Source of the DNA: Oikopleura dioica
Lineage: Eukaryota; Animalia; Chordata
Direction: 5' to 3'
Length of the DNA stretch: 64,000 nucleotides
Assembly (NCBI GenBank): GCA_907165135.1
Contig: OU015566.1
Span: 14,446,001-14,510,000, forward strand
Position 1 is the stretch's first letter; each line of letters opens with the position of its first letter. Made by a program: the position numbers and the translations under genes. Of this stretch, positions 23,891-36,871 are shown one piece after another. Under the pieces are notes generated by a model. It had not been told where the DNA came from. It was given only the letters and a program-made list of their open reading frames with translations, and did not search any database.

Positions 23891-24779
23891 TATATGGCGA
23901 CTGTACAATTATGAATGGACCCAAATTGGAACTCCTCAATGGTTTGATGAATGAAGCTTTTCTTTTTTTTAGAAATTTTTAAGGACCCCGCGAAGATATT
24001 ATGCGAGAGCCCTGCTTTTCCCAAATAATGAGGTCAAATGCATTTTCTTTCTAAATAACTAAATCTGTTGAAGGTAATGGTCGTCGGTGGCGACTGATAT
24101 CGCAAATTCACGAAATTCACCTTCAACGACGATTTCACTTCGATCGAAGGAGAAGACCTCGACCATTTACCAGAGACTGACGACTACGATGATCCTTTTG
24201 CTATTCTAGTGCCTGACGGCTTCTGTACACTTTAAACTAGAAAATCGAACGAGAGAAAAATAATGTTTGTTTTACGAGAATTTTATTGACGAACAGAAAG
24301 GCCGACTTGAGCAGCTTTTTTAAAAATGTCTTCCGAAGTCTCATCAAGAAAAAAAACAAATCATCTTTTTGTTACATAGAAAAGCTCTTACAGTCCTCAT
24401 TGTCTTTTTTTTTGCGCTGGGATTTCTCAGCAACAGTTTCTTTCTCAGGCTCTTCTTCTGTAACCGGAGCCAAGGTCTGTTTTGGAAGATGCTCATGCTC
24501 GGGCTTTTCTTCTTCGGGCATTGAAATGTCTTCCTAGACGAACTCAGGAGTTAGAATTGTTCAATCACTGTATTCCTCCAATAAGAGTAGCTAACCGTTT
24601 TCCTTTGCTTTGGAAGATTCGCCGTCAAGAAGAGCAATGAGCTTCTCAATATTCTCGTTGATTTTTAGCACTCTTGTTTCTATCCTATCAGCCCGTCGTT
24701 TCTCTCAAATTTTGGAGCAGGCTTTGTTCTACTTAATTCAGAGAGTTTTTTTGGAAAAACGGGCAAAACGGTTGCTGCC

Positions 24780-25560
24780 ATGTCGGAAACTCAAGAATCT
24801 GAAATTCTGAAAGACCAGATTTTAAACTCAAGCCAAAAAATGAAACCCAACCTGCCCTCTTGCTGCTCTACGGAGACTCAATCGACAAAAAAGACGAACT
24901 CCGACCTAACGACATCGACGTCTATTGGGCTGCTACCACGTCTGGCCCTGGAACACGAGAGTGATCAGATCGCACTACGAAACGGCTACTGATCCCACAA
25001 AGGTTTGATCAAAATTCATTTTCTTCTATGATTTCAAAAAGGAATGGGTCGAGGAGCGAATCCGGCAGTTTCCAGTTCAGGGCGAATTCCTCAACATCAG
25101 TTCAGCCGATGGCCTGTTCGACTTCATATTTGATGTCCAGTAGGGCAAAATCTCTCCCACCGTTTGGTGCCACAACGTTCCAGCGGGAACCTGTGAAGGA
25201 AAGACTGCTGCTGGTTGACTACGACAACTCAGAATTCGGCACTAGAGCTTTTGACCTCGCCTACTACATCATTCACTTCTACGAGAAATTCAACAAAGAT
25301 ATTAACAAAGACTCCTTGAACATGTACTTGCATGAGTACAACAGAATCAGCGAAGTCCGCCAATTTTCAATCGAAGGTACTTTAACCTAAGCAGTGCAAG
25401 GTCTCAAATTCCTCCTAGAGCTGGAGCAAGAAATGAGCTGCGTCTGGCCATATCTTTTCATGGAGCAATCCGTGTTCTACCGCTCAATCGGCGTCGACGA
25501 GGACTTCTGCAACTTCCTGTTCAACTTAATGCGAGAAATAAAGTCTAAGATTTGAAAACT
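24780..25560 (+). pseudogene. Choline/ethanolamine kinase-like (APH/ChoK fold) pseudogene
   Basis: PTVWCHN and LLLVDYDNSEFGTRAFDLAYY resemble ChoK motifs VFCHND and LIDFEY..RGFDI. In-frame stop at ~25140, frameshift after CHN, catalytic Asp missing. Confidence 0.6.
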
Positions 25561-26044
25561 TCGTTTATTAGTAATTAAGAAGGAGAGAATTCTATGAATA
25601 TTTCTTTCAGAACTGCTTTCACTAGAATTTGAATAAACTCCAATTTTATAGATCGCAAAAATATCAGAAAATGCAATTTGAAAATGAATTTTTCTAAGAA
25701 AGTTTGCGAACTGGCCTCTCGCTTCCGGAAAATATCAATCCTTTGTGCTCCTGGCGAGGCAAATTCCCGCTGGAAGTCCTATCAGCAAACACGCTCCGCA
25801 TTTTCGCACCGATTGCTTGATCATCTGCTCGATTTCCTGGTCGGTGGAAATGTGCACAGGCAGCGCGGGTCCGTCGTCTTGACTGGTGCAGCCGGCGTTG
25901 GCGCTGAATTGGCGCGGCGGCCAATCAGCGCCCGCGCTGCCAACTTTCCCACGCGCCGCGTCGAGTTTTCTTTTTTTTTTCGAAAACGGCGAAAATCGCC
26001 GCTTTTTGTTTTTTTTTGAATAAAAGGGCTGAAAATCAGCCCTA

Positions 26045-26190
26045 GAATTTATGAAGAAGGAAGAAGAAGATTTTATTAAAATTTTTTATGAAAAAAAAAG
26101 AGATTTTAGGAAGAAAATTGAAGAAGAAGAAGAAAAAGAGATAAAGAGAAGAAAGGAGAAGAAAAAGGAAGAAAAAAGGTAGGAGAAAAA
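26045..26190. repeat. Purine-rich (GAA/AAAAG) low-complexity tract
   Basis: Runs of gaagaagaagaaaaagagataaagagaagaaaggagaag. Confidence 0.7.
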
Positions 26191-26413
26191 CCTGTGTAAA
26201 AAACCTGAGTCAGGGCTCAGGAAAAGCAAAGAAGAAAAGCCGCTTAGCGGCTTTTTTAGAAAACGAAGCCGAAATCGGCTTCGTTGGAAAAAATAACTTC
26301 GTTTCGTTTTAAAATTCTTCAGAAGCCGATTTCGGCTTCTTTTACTGAAAAAGCTGCTAAGCAGCTTTTATTTTTCACTATTCCTGAGCCCTGACTCAGG
26401 TTTTCTACACAGG
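26191..26413. mobile_element. MITE, CCTGAGTCAGG family
   Basis: CCTGTGTAAAAAACCTGAGTCAGGGCTCAGGAA ... TTCCTGAGCCCTGACTCAGGTTTTCTACACAGG; internal AGCCG-N3/4-CGGCT palindromes. Confidence 0.75.
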
Positions 26414-26473
26414 TTCTTTTAAAATTGGGGGGGAAAGATTTGGGAGAAAAAAAGAGCTATTGAAAGCTCTGTT

Positions 26474-26750
26474 AGGACCCTGACTCAGGCTTTCTTTAAA
26501 AGAGAAAGCCAATTTCTTGTAGCTGAGAATCCCTTTTTTTTTCGCCGGAAGTAAAAAAACAGGGTAGCTCAGTGGCCAGAGCGCGGATTAATTTCCGGGA
26601 CGTGGGTTCGAATCCTACTCCTGCACTTCTGGCGCGAAAAAAAGGATTTTCAGCCGCTAGAAATCGGCTTTTTCTTCTAAAAAACGAAGCCGTTAAGCGG
26701 CCTCTCTTAATTTTAAGGCTAAAAAAGGGGGAAATCTGAGTCAGGGTCCT
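26474..26750. mobile_element. Palindromic element (TIR AGGACCCTGACTCAG) with a tRNA-derived core
   Basis: TIRs at 26474-26488 and 26736-26750. Inner arms GCTGAGAATCCCTTTTTTTTTCGCCGGAAGT / ACTTCTGGCGCGAAAAAAAGGATTTTCAGC flank the tRNA-like sequence. Confidence 0.6.
26560..26625 (+). ncRNA. tRNA-like sequence (pseudo-tRNA or SINE-type Pol III promoter)
   Basis: A box TAGCTCAGTGG, D stem GCTC/GAGC, T stem GTGGG/CCTAC with B box GGTTCGAATCC. Anticodon arm degenerate (CGGA-TTAATT-TCCG); acceptor stem only 5 bp. Confidence 0.6.
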
Positions 26751-28039
26751 GAGAGAGGTCATTTTCGGAGAGCTCGAATGCCTGATTCAGGTTTTTTAAT
26801 GAAAAAAAGGGCTGAGAAGCCGATATTCTCCAGAAAACTGAGTAGAAAACCGGAGTCAGGTTTCAAAAGAGCTAAAATGAAAAGTCCCAATGCTTTTATT
26901 TCGAAAACGAAGCCGCAAGCGGCTTTTACAAGCGATAAAAATGGCTCAGATCAATTCATTCATCTTCCGAACCCACCAAAGAAAGGAGCAGCTAAGAAAG
27001 AAGACCCAAAAGAAAGAAGAAGCGCCAAAGAAAAAGGACAAGCCAAAGAAAGAAAAGAAGGAAAAGAAGCCTCAGCCAGCGAAAGCAGCCGAACCAGAAA
27101 AGCCAGCCGAATTTTCATCCCTAGAAAACAATTCTTTCAGCAAGAGCTTCCGATGTAAACCTCTACTCTCGATCTGCTCTTCACGGTAATTACTGCACGA
27201 TTGCGATCATTCTGCGCGCCGGGTCCCGAAATACAGTCGATATTCCAAACGGCGTCGCTCACTTGGACGAGAAAATGGCCATTGGAGCGACTCTCGATTC
27301 TTTTGCTTCGAGAACGCAAGTCAGAGAGTTTTTGGAGATAATCGGCGGAATTAGCGACTCCCAGACTGACCAAGAAGGGCAAGTAAGCCGCTACAAAGCT
27401 GCTGCCGATCCCAACGAATCTTCGGAAGACGATCTAAAGGTAAAAAACTAGAATTACAGGCCAGAGAAGCATTATTCCTAGCTGCGGACGTGGCAAGACA
27501 AAGCAGAGGAGCTAGAACTGACAAATGAACATTTGGAGAAGAGGCTTGAGAAGATCCGACAAGCGAGAATGAAAATTTGAACCAAGATTTCCATCGAAGA
27601 CAAAATAAAACTCTGCCAGCGAAATTTTGCATCTCTTCAACCTCACTTCACTTTCATGCCTTTGAACGACTCACTCTATGAATTCTTTAAATCGGAAAAA
27701 AATAAAGATATCATAATTCGGCTTCTCGTCTCATAATCCTCAATCTTTACAAGTGAAAAGTACATCACTCATTATTCAACTTCGATGTTCCCATATGCAA
27801 GTGTATCTACAATTTCGCATATAAACTAGTTTGAGTTTAAGACAATTCTGCATGACACAATTCTGCTAAAGTAACAGTACAGGCCTACTTTTTCCAAGAA
27901 TACCTATCTTTATGTTACAAATTGTGACTTTTGTCTACAAAAATAAGCCTTTAGAAATGAGCAAGAAAAGGAGATTCGGCTTTGACAAGAAGCAGGCAAC
28001 GTTTTCGTCTTTGTCCTCGTCGCTTATGATGACTTCCCT

Positions 28040-30595
28040 TCTGCGCCAGAACGAAAGATTCTATTTCGAGTTCGCCGACAGTGACAGTCTGCTTGTGGAG
28101 ATAGAAGAGCAGTACGCTTATGTCGAATGCACGGATTTCACTCTGAAAAGCTGCCGAGGCGCTTCAGGAACAGCATGTCTTTGGCTCGGACGAGTACTGG
28201 ATTGCCGCGGCGACGACGTTCTTCTTTGCGGGCTTCAGGGAGGAACCACTCTGGAAATGCGAAACGAGACGATCGACAATCCGCAGAAAGACGTCTCGCC
28301 AGAAGAGCAGAAGGAACTAGACGCGGAGCTAATCCACGAAATCCGCAACTGCAGCTACCATCTGACCAAGTTGGACTACTTTCACAAGTTCATGCGCCTC
28401 CTGCTCGCCGAGTGCAAGGACATTTTGAAAGTGCCGATGGAGGATGACTCTGGACATCAAGTGCTCATTCGACTGCTCTTTTCGGTGGTTTACACGATCG
28501 TGGAAATCTTGAGAAGACCGCCGGCGCCGTTGGACAGCGAAGAGCGGCAAAAAGTGCACTTTTCTTTCAAGCAGAGTTTGCAGGATTCGGTCGAGTATAT
28601 CGACGATTTGTTGATGATTCTAGTCGATGTTAACTCATCGTCGTTAGGTAAGAGCTGATTATTCAAGCGTCGTTATTGAAAAGTTGTAGCTCCCGTAATT
28701 CCGATGAAAAAAGCTGTCCTTCTGAAGTGGAAATTAACATTGGCGACTTTCGAGAAATGGAACGAAGCAAGAATAAAAACGAAAAGCGATACTTGCAGAA
28801 ATCGAGTTCCCAGCTGATATCATGCGAGAACTGACGCCAGTGACGACTCACATCGACACAATGGTGATGAACATGGCGGAAGGGCAGATTGACTACAACG
28901 GCCCGCAGCACAGACCCAAGCTTCAGCGAAATCAAAAGCGGAATACGAGCGAGCTTGAAGACGAATTCGACAATTTAGATGACGAAAATGCGGAGAATAG
29001 GCCGTCTACTCCCACTCCCACGCTCGGTCGCGGCTCCAGAAGGCCGAGTTTGACGTCTTCACGGCCGACCAGCCCGTCCAGAGAGTCCGAGAGCTCTCTA
29101 GGCCCGAGCTTTGACAGTCCCCTTGCCACGTGGACGTATCCTTATCTTCCCTGGAAGCCGAAAGTGACGCTGAGCGAGATTGACGACTTCGTCAGAATGG
29201 CGCGCTCGAAGTACCTCGACTACAGCTTCAAATACCCAAAAACAGAGGCGCAAATGCTCGCAGCGGTTCAGAATCGTTTCGGACTCCCGAAGCCGACCAG
29301 AACAGCATGAAAATAATGGACAAATACATTTACAAAAGCCTGGCCGATGTACAACGCGAAAAATGGGCGGAAACGGAGAAACACCAACAAGAAAAAAGGA
29401 AACTTCTTCGATCGAAAAGTTGTACGAGCGAATCTGGCAGAATCTATCAATGAATGTGATTTCGCTGTTGAAATAATTGCTGGCAGCGGCGCCGACTGCG
29501 AATAAAAGCGATATATTCATGCAGGATCAGATGGGGCCGCATTCCATTCAATTAGGAAGGGTTCAAAAGCTTTAAAAATCGGGTAGAAATTACTGTTATA
29601 AATTCATTCTCAACCCAAAAATAGAAGGAACGCAGCTCTTCAAACTTCCTGTCATGCTGATCGGACTCGACGTCAGCCGCCACAAAGAAATCGTGACAAA
29701 AGCAATCTCTGGATTTATCCTGCTTTTGATGAAGCACCTCTTATCGCCAAGTTTTTCAACCAGAATATGACCGTCTTCGTAACTCAAAGAAATCAAATTC
29801 CAAAGCTAGATTTACGAAATGCTATTCGAGGTAAATCCCATTTTTCGTCTTGAAAAGGGATCATTTTCTAGGGCTGCCAATCATCCAAGCGCTGATAGAA
29901 CGAGCAACTGAAGAACAGATGCCCTACTGTTGGCGAAACATGTTCTCTTCAATTTGTTTCTTGAGAATACTCGTCAAAATCATGAAAGGAAAGCCTTGGC
30001 GCGTCATATGTTTGGTCAAATACAAAGCCACGAACATTTTCAAAAAGACTCTTTTGGTCAAACACGGTGTTTTTCACATCTACGTTTTGAAAGTCATCAA
30101 GCTTCACGCGAGATTTTTGGGAAGACAGTGGAGGAAAAGTAATATGGACGTGGTTTCCGGAATTAACGGGTATTTGGGCTTTTGGCTTTTTGAAACAATT
30201 TCGATAATTTCAGCATGGTGCGCCATCATTTGACAGACGATTGGGCTTTCTTCAATGCAGAGCCGGACAAGGAATCTTCAGTCCAAGAGGAAAATAAAAT
30301 CACGCAGACCTGCTCCTCTTTCAACAGAATAGTCTACCTCCCCGAAGATCAGGAGTGGACCAAAACTGGACATATCGCCAAGTTCAATGAGGTAATTTTC
30401 ATAATCCTGGTTATATTTTCAAATCTCGGTTCAAGATTCGCCTGCCGCCAAATTTTGGGAGTCGCTACAAAGCTTGGCTGGAAAAGGAGGTCATGAGCGT
30501 CAACGTCGACTGGGATCAACTGCTGAGTCCGGAGAACGCAGCCTCTGTCTATCAAGCCGAAGACCAGCCGGTTGCTGAAACCGCTGCCGCATAAT
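28040..30595 (+). pseudogene. STRIP: Striatin-interacting protein (STRIP/FAM40/Far11) pseudogene
   Basis: FYFEFADSDSLLVEIEEQYAY, PMKKAVLLKWK, LLK*LLAAAPT (TAA at 29474-29476), PLIAKFFNQN, VLKVIKLHARFLGRQWRKSNMDVVS, VDWDQLL match STRIP1 motifs. Several frameshifts and an internal deletion at ~29740. Confidence 0.85.
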
Positions 30596-30725
30596 TTCTC
30601 AAAACCACTGTCCAAATGATGATTTATTACCTAAACGACGTTTCTACTTGTTCAAACTTTTTCCTTGTTAAATACAACTTTCACCGATTCCACTTTTCTT
30701 CTGATGAATCTTCTTTCAGAAAAGG

Positions 30726-31780
30726 ATGATTCGAAGTCGCGTTTTTTCGTCTTTTCTTTCGCGGAGTAGTCGCAGGAACAATCGAGTAGCCCTCCGATCT
30801 CCCTCTTTGGCGAAGTTTGAAAACGAGTCCTTCGTCGAACTCAATAAAGACCCCTTCAAGACCGAAATCAAAAAGATTCCCATTGACGATTTTCGCTCTT
30901 TGACTCTGGTGACGCGCCCATCTCGACATGGAACTCACACGACTGTTGGATTGTGTTTTGCCGCGGGATCGAGGCATACTGGCGCCTTTTCTCCTGGAAT
31001 CAGTCATCTTGACCAAGCGCTCGCTTTTGGGAAATGCAGCTCTTTTGAAAGTCGAAATGAAATTCGGGAACGGGTCAAAACTTTAAAATTCAATCTTTTG
31101 GATTCTCTTTCTTGATTTCAATGATTTCTTAACCTTGAAAAAAGGATTATTTGGACAAATGCGGGGCCATTTTCGACGCTCAAAGCGACCATGAGACGAC
31201 GATCTACGCCTTGTCCATCATGAACAAGCACATTTCAGAGGGAATCAAGGTGCTCTTCGATACGGCATTTCAACCGATGCTCACTGAGAACTGCATTGAA
31301 GAAGCCCTGGCTTCGGTGGAAAATGAACTAAAGCATAACGAATTTGAAGCTGTCCGAGTTAATGAAATTTGCGAAATGGCTATTCATGCAGGCTTCAATC
31401 ACTCGACTCGTGGTCTTGGAATCAAACGAAGCATGTAGATCCGTCTTTTGGGGTTTCTCAATCAAGGTAAACTATCAAGTTTATTTTATCGTGCGAAATT
31501 AATATTCAGTCTTCCATCCGAACCGGCAGTTTGGACGGGTGGAGCGGCGCACTTGATTTCTGGTTCATCTTCGTTCTCGATTCTCGGCGACGAAAGCAAT
31601 TCACAAACTTACTCTTCAATCGCCTGGGAAGCTTTGAGCATCAACGACCCAGATCGCTACACCTGCCACGTTTTACGCGCCATGCTGGGCGGCCAAAGCT
31701 ACTTCGAATCGGGCGGCCCGGGCAAAGGAATCACCAGTCTCTTGTGCACGCAGATCTTGGCGAATACTCGCAGAAATCCG
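30726..31780 (+). pseudogene. PMPCA: Mitochondrial processing peptidase alpha subunit, internally deleted and 3'-truncated
   Basis: Presequence-like MIRSRVFSSFLSRSSRR; AGSRHTGAFSPGISHLDQALAFG; glycine-rich loop MLGGQSYFESGGPGKG. Stop at 31436-31438, middle missing, fused to other sequence at ~31780. Confidence 0.85.
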
Positions 31781-31980
31781 GTTTCTCCGAAGTAGACCAA
31801 CTTCTCTCCGGCTTTCTTTTCGCGCTTGAACAAGACGATGTCGAAAGAGCGGTGAAAATCATGAATCAATCTTCTCGTGAGCTGAGGACTAGCGCTGGTT
31901 TCTTCTTATAATCGACTTGCATAGGTAAGCTCCTTTCCCGACCCCTGTTTCTACATATTTTTTAGTAAATCTTCAACTGC

Positions 31981-33019
31981 CAGAAGCCTCAAAGATCGTC
32001 TCTCCTTTTCCAACCGTCAAGAATCACCAGCTGTACTTCATGAAGAATTCGTCTCGTCGCTAGAAAACCCAATCGTCGTTTACAACCGCGTTCCAAAAAC
32101 TGCCTCCACTGCCTTTACCCATCTTCTCTACGACCTAACCAGAGGTAAGCACTTCTTTCCCGGCTCTTATCTTAAAAACGCACTAGAAAACTCATTCTAC
32201 GTCATCCATGTTAATACAACCGTGCCTAGACAGAATCCCGCAATCATGTCCCTCCAGGATCAAATGCTCCTTCGACAAAATATGACGACTTGGGGCCTTA
32301 CTCCTGCCTTTTATCATGGTCATTTCGCCTTCTTCAACGTCCCAAATGTCTTCTAGATCAATTTGGTTCGGTAAGAGCGCCTTTCAATAGAATTTGTCTT
32401 AAAATATTAAGGAACCCATTTGACCGACTGGTCTCGAACTACTACTTTCTCCGATATGGTGATAACTTCCGAAAAGGACTTCTGAGGAGTAAGAACGGCG
32501 ATACGACGACCTTCAACGAATGCGCGAAGAAAGAGTCAAGCAAAGACTGCTCGATTCAGAAAATGTGGATTCAGGTAACTCGAATCAGGGTCTTCAGATG
32601 TCAGCCGCATTCATGTAGATCTCTTAGAACCTCTCTGTATGATGGCGTAAGGGTCTGAAAATTGCCCCAATGAACGCGATTCTTGATCTAAATTTTAGAT
32701 TCTAAAATTGCAAAGAGTCTTATAGGAGACACCAAAGTGTGCCGCCCGGATAGGAGGGGGTCAAGGGCGAGCCCGACCGCAGCTTTGCCTCATCTGAAAA
32801 TGCTCTTGTTTCTGATAATGCAAGCTTGTAATCGCTGACATTCATCTTTAGATTCCTTATTTCTGCGGCCAAGTTGCAGCATGCTGGGAGCCCGGAAGCC
32901 AGTGGGCTCTTGATAGAGCGAAGCAAAACGTCCTCGAACACTATTTTCTCGTGGGAAAGACCGAAAATCTGATAGAATTTGTTGAACTCCTGGAGAACGA
33001 AATTCCTGCAGTCTTCAAG
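31981..33019 (+). pseudogene. HS2ST1: Heparan sulfate 2-O-sulfotransferase pseudogene
   Basis: VVYNRVPKTASTAFT (PAPS-binding loop), FYHGHF, PFDRLVSNYYFLRYGDNFRKGL, IPYFCGQ..WALDRAKQN. TAG at 32354-32356 where W is expected; 3' end missing. Confidence 0.88.
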
Positions 33020-34489
33020 GTAATTTTCACAAAGAGACGTTCAAAATCCTCGGCAAATATCTCGAGAAGGAGCTGGCCGAGTCAAACATAAAAGTGTGTA
33101 GACTCGCGGCAAGCAAGGTGACGACGCTAAAATCGACCTTCGCAAGCATGAGTAATCAGCTGGGCGTCAAGTACTCTGATGTCAAGTTCATTACCTCCAA
33201 GAATTCCTCGACGCGGAAGTTATGCATCCTGACTCATACTTCCAACTTTCTGGTCGCTGTTTCGAGTGGTCCCTTATTGAGTTTCTTAGGTAGCGTACCC
33301 ATATCAAACTGCATTTGAACTAATCGGTGATTTAGCCATGACTTCTCTGTGGCAAACTACGCCTCAAAGTTAAAGTTTGCAGCTTTGGCGCATTACTCAA
33401 ACTTCTTCGCTTCTTTCGCTTGTTGGCCTCGAGAAAAGTCACTTGAAATTGCGAGAACGATCAGCAAACGAGAAATCGCAATTGTAAACTCTCTTCCTTC
33501 GGTAAAACAAAGTCAGATTTCCTCGGCAGCGGAGTTCGTCGCAGCTATAGAAGAATTCTTCGACAACCACCGTCGACGGTCCAAAGACCGTTTTTCAGGT
33601 AAGATTTAGTCTGCTATTTTCTTTTAAAAAACTTGTTCACTAGGAGGTCAGAAAGGAATTCTGCGGGAGGCTTGATAAAATCGTCGAAAAATACTTGAGT
33701 AAGGCGCGACAAAAAAAGCCTTTCGCGGAGATTTTCTTCTTTTACAAACTCAAACTGGTCGACAACAAGATGGTCCCTCCGATGGTCAAAAACATCGAAT
33801 CCGATTCAGTACACTAAGTAAACGACTCGCAAATTTCAAAATATTGAATATGAAATTCAGGGACGAAAAGATGCAACTGGTAAACGCAGATAGCAGTAAT
33901 CCCAATCTTCCGCCTGTGTGTGTTGCTTTCAAGCTCTTCACTAAAATGGGTTCAATGGTGAATGTCGCAGACTGTGGCTTGACTCCTTCAAGTGTATTCT
34001 TGAAACCGGAAACAAGAAAATCAAGAAGGAAGACTTGGATGCCACCTTTTTTCAATCAGTCAGCGATCTTCAGTTCCTCGGCCTTCTGAAACCCGCACAG
34101 CGAAAAACCGATCACGTCCAGAAAGTCACCTGGGCACTCTGAACATTAGAATTCACTTGTTTATCCACTTATCACTGCCTCTCAAATTAAAAACTAAGCC
34201 TGTCATCCTTTTGACTCTAAAAGGTCACTTTCAGCATGACTCGGGCGAAATGCAAGGATGGCATCAAGAATATCTTGAAGTTGAGTTCTTGCGGCATCGT
34301 TCCACCCGCCTTGTATGAATCTGGCGCGGCTGGTTAGGGCAAGACGCACGTTCCGAAGCAGATCATTGCGGAAAGGCTTCCAGTTTTCGTCGTGATCGAG
34401 CTGGCAAACTTGTTCATCAAGAATCAGCCAGAAGCAGCGACATCTCTCGCTCAACATGAAAAGTTCATACCAGACAATCGCTTGTGCGT

Positions 34490-34880
34490 CATTTTCGAGT
34501 CTCGAGTTGCCTTTCGAGTACATGCGGCGAATCATCACCGATTTCGACTTATTCTTCGCCCTCTTCGTCAACCTGCACATGTTGTTCAACTATTCAACGC
34601 TTCCTTCCGCGATCCCGGCTACACTTCTTCCCGCTTCTACTTCTCCAGCCGCAACTGCTCGAAATTTATCTCCCCGAAGCCGACTTGCTCGCACCACTGC
34701 TCCGTCTGCGCCAAATGCGTCATTCAGATGGGTACCAATTCGCTCTCCATTCATGCTTTTTGATCCTCTTTGCTATAGACCACCACTGGATCAACAACTA
34801 CGTGGGCAATTTCAATCGGCGCTACTTCTTCAACTTCTGCCTGCTCCTCATCTCCGAACGCCAGACCACGCTTCAGGTAC
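34490..34880 (+). pseudogene. DHHC palmitoyltransferase fragment (ZDHHC16-like)
   Basis: DPGY..CSKFISPKPTCSHHCSVCAKCVIQM|DHHWINNYVGNFNRRYFFNFC. The catalytic DHHCPW is reduced to DHHW, with a frameshift upstream. Confidence 0.8.
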
Positions 34881-35163
34881 AAAACTCGCCTAACAAATAA
34901 ACCTCCTTATACCATTATTTAAGCGAATGCATCCGACAAAAGCCCCTTCTCCGCGCAGCCGCTGCTTCGAGAACTGGCTCAAGTTCTACAGCATCCTTAC
35001 CTTTAGCCCATTTTTTACCCGATTTCTGATTCCTTCACCTCATTTGCCAATCGACAGCGGTGTCCCGGAGCATCTGAGCCAACTTCCGGCAGACCTCTTT
35101 ACGAAAAGAGTAGAGAAAGGATCCCATATTTTTTTGTTCAGACAGTGCGTTATCGGATTGAAA

Positions 35164-36871
35164 ATGAAGCCTTCACCCCACTTCAAATCGCCGAAGAAGA
35201 CTTCTAACAAATCATCCAACTCGAAGCTGGCCTCAGATCTTGATCCCGACCAACCAAGTAAGCGATAAAATAAACATTGAAAATAAACTCGAATTATAGC
35301 GCCGATTCCCCAACGAAAGATAAGATTTGCGAAGGAATCAACTGAGATTTCCCCTGAAATACCGTTACCGGAGCTTCCCCAATCTCAGGGGAGCACGGAT
35401 GGCTGGGTAAACTCTGCTCTTGCTTCTTCACAATCCTCTGAGAACACCCTGGGATCCGAAGAAGAGATCGATGGAATTTCCGTATCAGTCAGTGGTGAAC
35501 TTTTCGATAATGAGCTGCAGCCAATGGATACTACGCAGATTACCCAGCAAGACCAAGAAAAAGCTAACTACTCTCAAGGCTCCTCCGTCTACAAAACGCC
35601 TGAAAAGAGTCTACCGAAAACGCCCAGTAAGACTGATCAATCAGCACCCGCTACGGCTCCACAGCCCTCGAGAAACCTTCGTCGAATCCTCTTCAATGAA
35701 AATCAGACAGGGAGATCAAAAAAGGTGATGAAAAGCAAAGCGAGGAAATTCGACAATAAATCGAATAGGTCCTTTGAAAGGAATTTCGGATTTGAAAAAT
35801 TCTTTTATTAATTTGATCCTTTGAATTTTTGAAATCCGGCAAAGACGAAACAACACGTCATCGAAACATTACACGATTGACGATATTTTCAACGATCCGA
35901 TCGTTCCAAACTCGACTTTTCCAAGCGCCAAGAAGAAGCCCTTATCAACGAAGAACGCGATGGTCGATTTGACGAAATCGAAGAAACCGAGGAAATCAGA
36001 ACAGTGGTCGCCCGTGCCGCTCGCGATAATGCGAGGATTGAGGAACGAATCGGAGCCTTTCAGATTGAGGAGAAATCGGAAGAATGCTTTTTCTGAAACG
36101 GCGCCTGTTGAGGAAAGGGTTGAAAAGTTTTATTGCTTCAAGAAATTTTCCGGAGAAAAAATAATTTTTTTTTTTTTATCAAAAAGTTCCCTTTCCAACC
36201 TTTAAAAAAGCCAACTCAAACTCGGAAAAGCATCGGCGACTCGTTTCTCGACAACACTGTTACCGTGACCAATCTTCCTTCCGAGAGAAACGCTGCTGAT
36301 ACGACAAATCCCGAGTACGAGACAATTGACCGCTCTTTAAATGTCACCGCTGGTACCTCCGAACAGCCTGAGCCTGCTTTCTCTGGCTCTTCTTCAGATG
36401 TTTCCTCCAGAAGAATGGCACGCAAGGACGATAAAGGCTCTTCAATTGCTGATGCTGTAAAAACCGCTTCAAATCAACGAGAAGAGGTAACGATTTGAAA
36501 TCATGAAAAAGTACTCTAACTTCATTTTAGTCTGACGAGTCAAGCCGACCAGCTACGCGAGCAGCGTCAGTCCGAATAGCTTCGAGGGCAGCGTCAAGCC
36601 GAATTAGCCAAGCTATATCAAACCATATCAACCCGCCGAAAAGAACGAAGTGGACAGAAGTAAGCTTTTTATAAATGATTTAAATCTTTAATTGTTATAA
36701 ATTTAGGACGAGGACGGCAAGCTGATAGAAGGCCTCAATCTATACGGAAAAAACTGGAAAAAGATCGAGGTAGAGTTTTTCCGAGGAACGACGAGGACGA
36801 ACGTCAACCTCAAAGACAGACACCGTGTGCTTCTCAATAAAGACGACCATCGGGTGAAGGAAAAATACTAA
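35164..36871 (+). CDS. Telobox/TRF-like Myb-domain gene, paralogue A (no PDZ; middle region rearranged, status uncertain)
   Basis: Last exons give KRTKWTE|DEDGKLIEGLNLYGKNWKKIEVEFFRGTTRTNVNLKDRHRVLLNKDDHRVKEKY*. 5' exons, introns and 3' flank are clearly homologous to 48088-52050. Segment ~35720-36200 is unrelated to paralogue B. Confidence 0.6.

Noticed and set aside
26560-26625. Functional tRNA gene
   Set aside because: The acceptor stem is only 5 bp, the anticodon arm is 4 bp with a 6-nt loop, and it is embedded in a repeat.
26778-27620. Lys/Glu-rich ORFs and adjacent coding-like fragments
   Set aside because: Low complexity, partly repeat-derived, with stops; no family recognised.
33040-34480. 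Further coding-like fragments between HS2ST1 and the DHHC fragment, on both strands
   Set aside because: They probably belong to the mosaic, but I cannot identify them, so they are not annotated.
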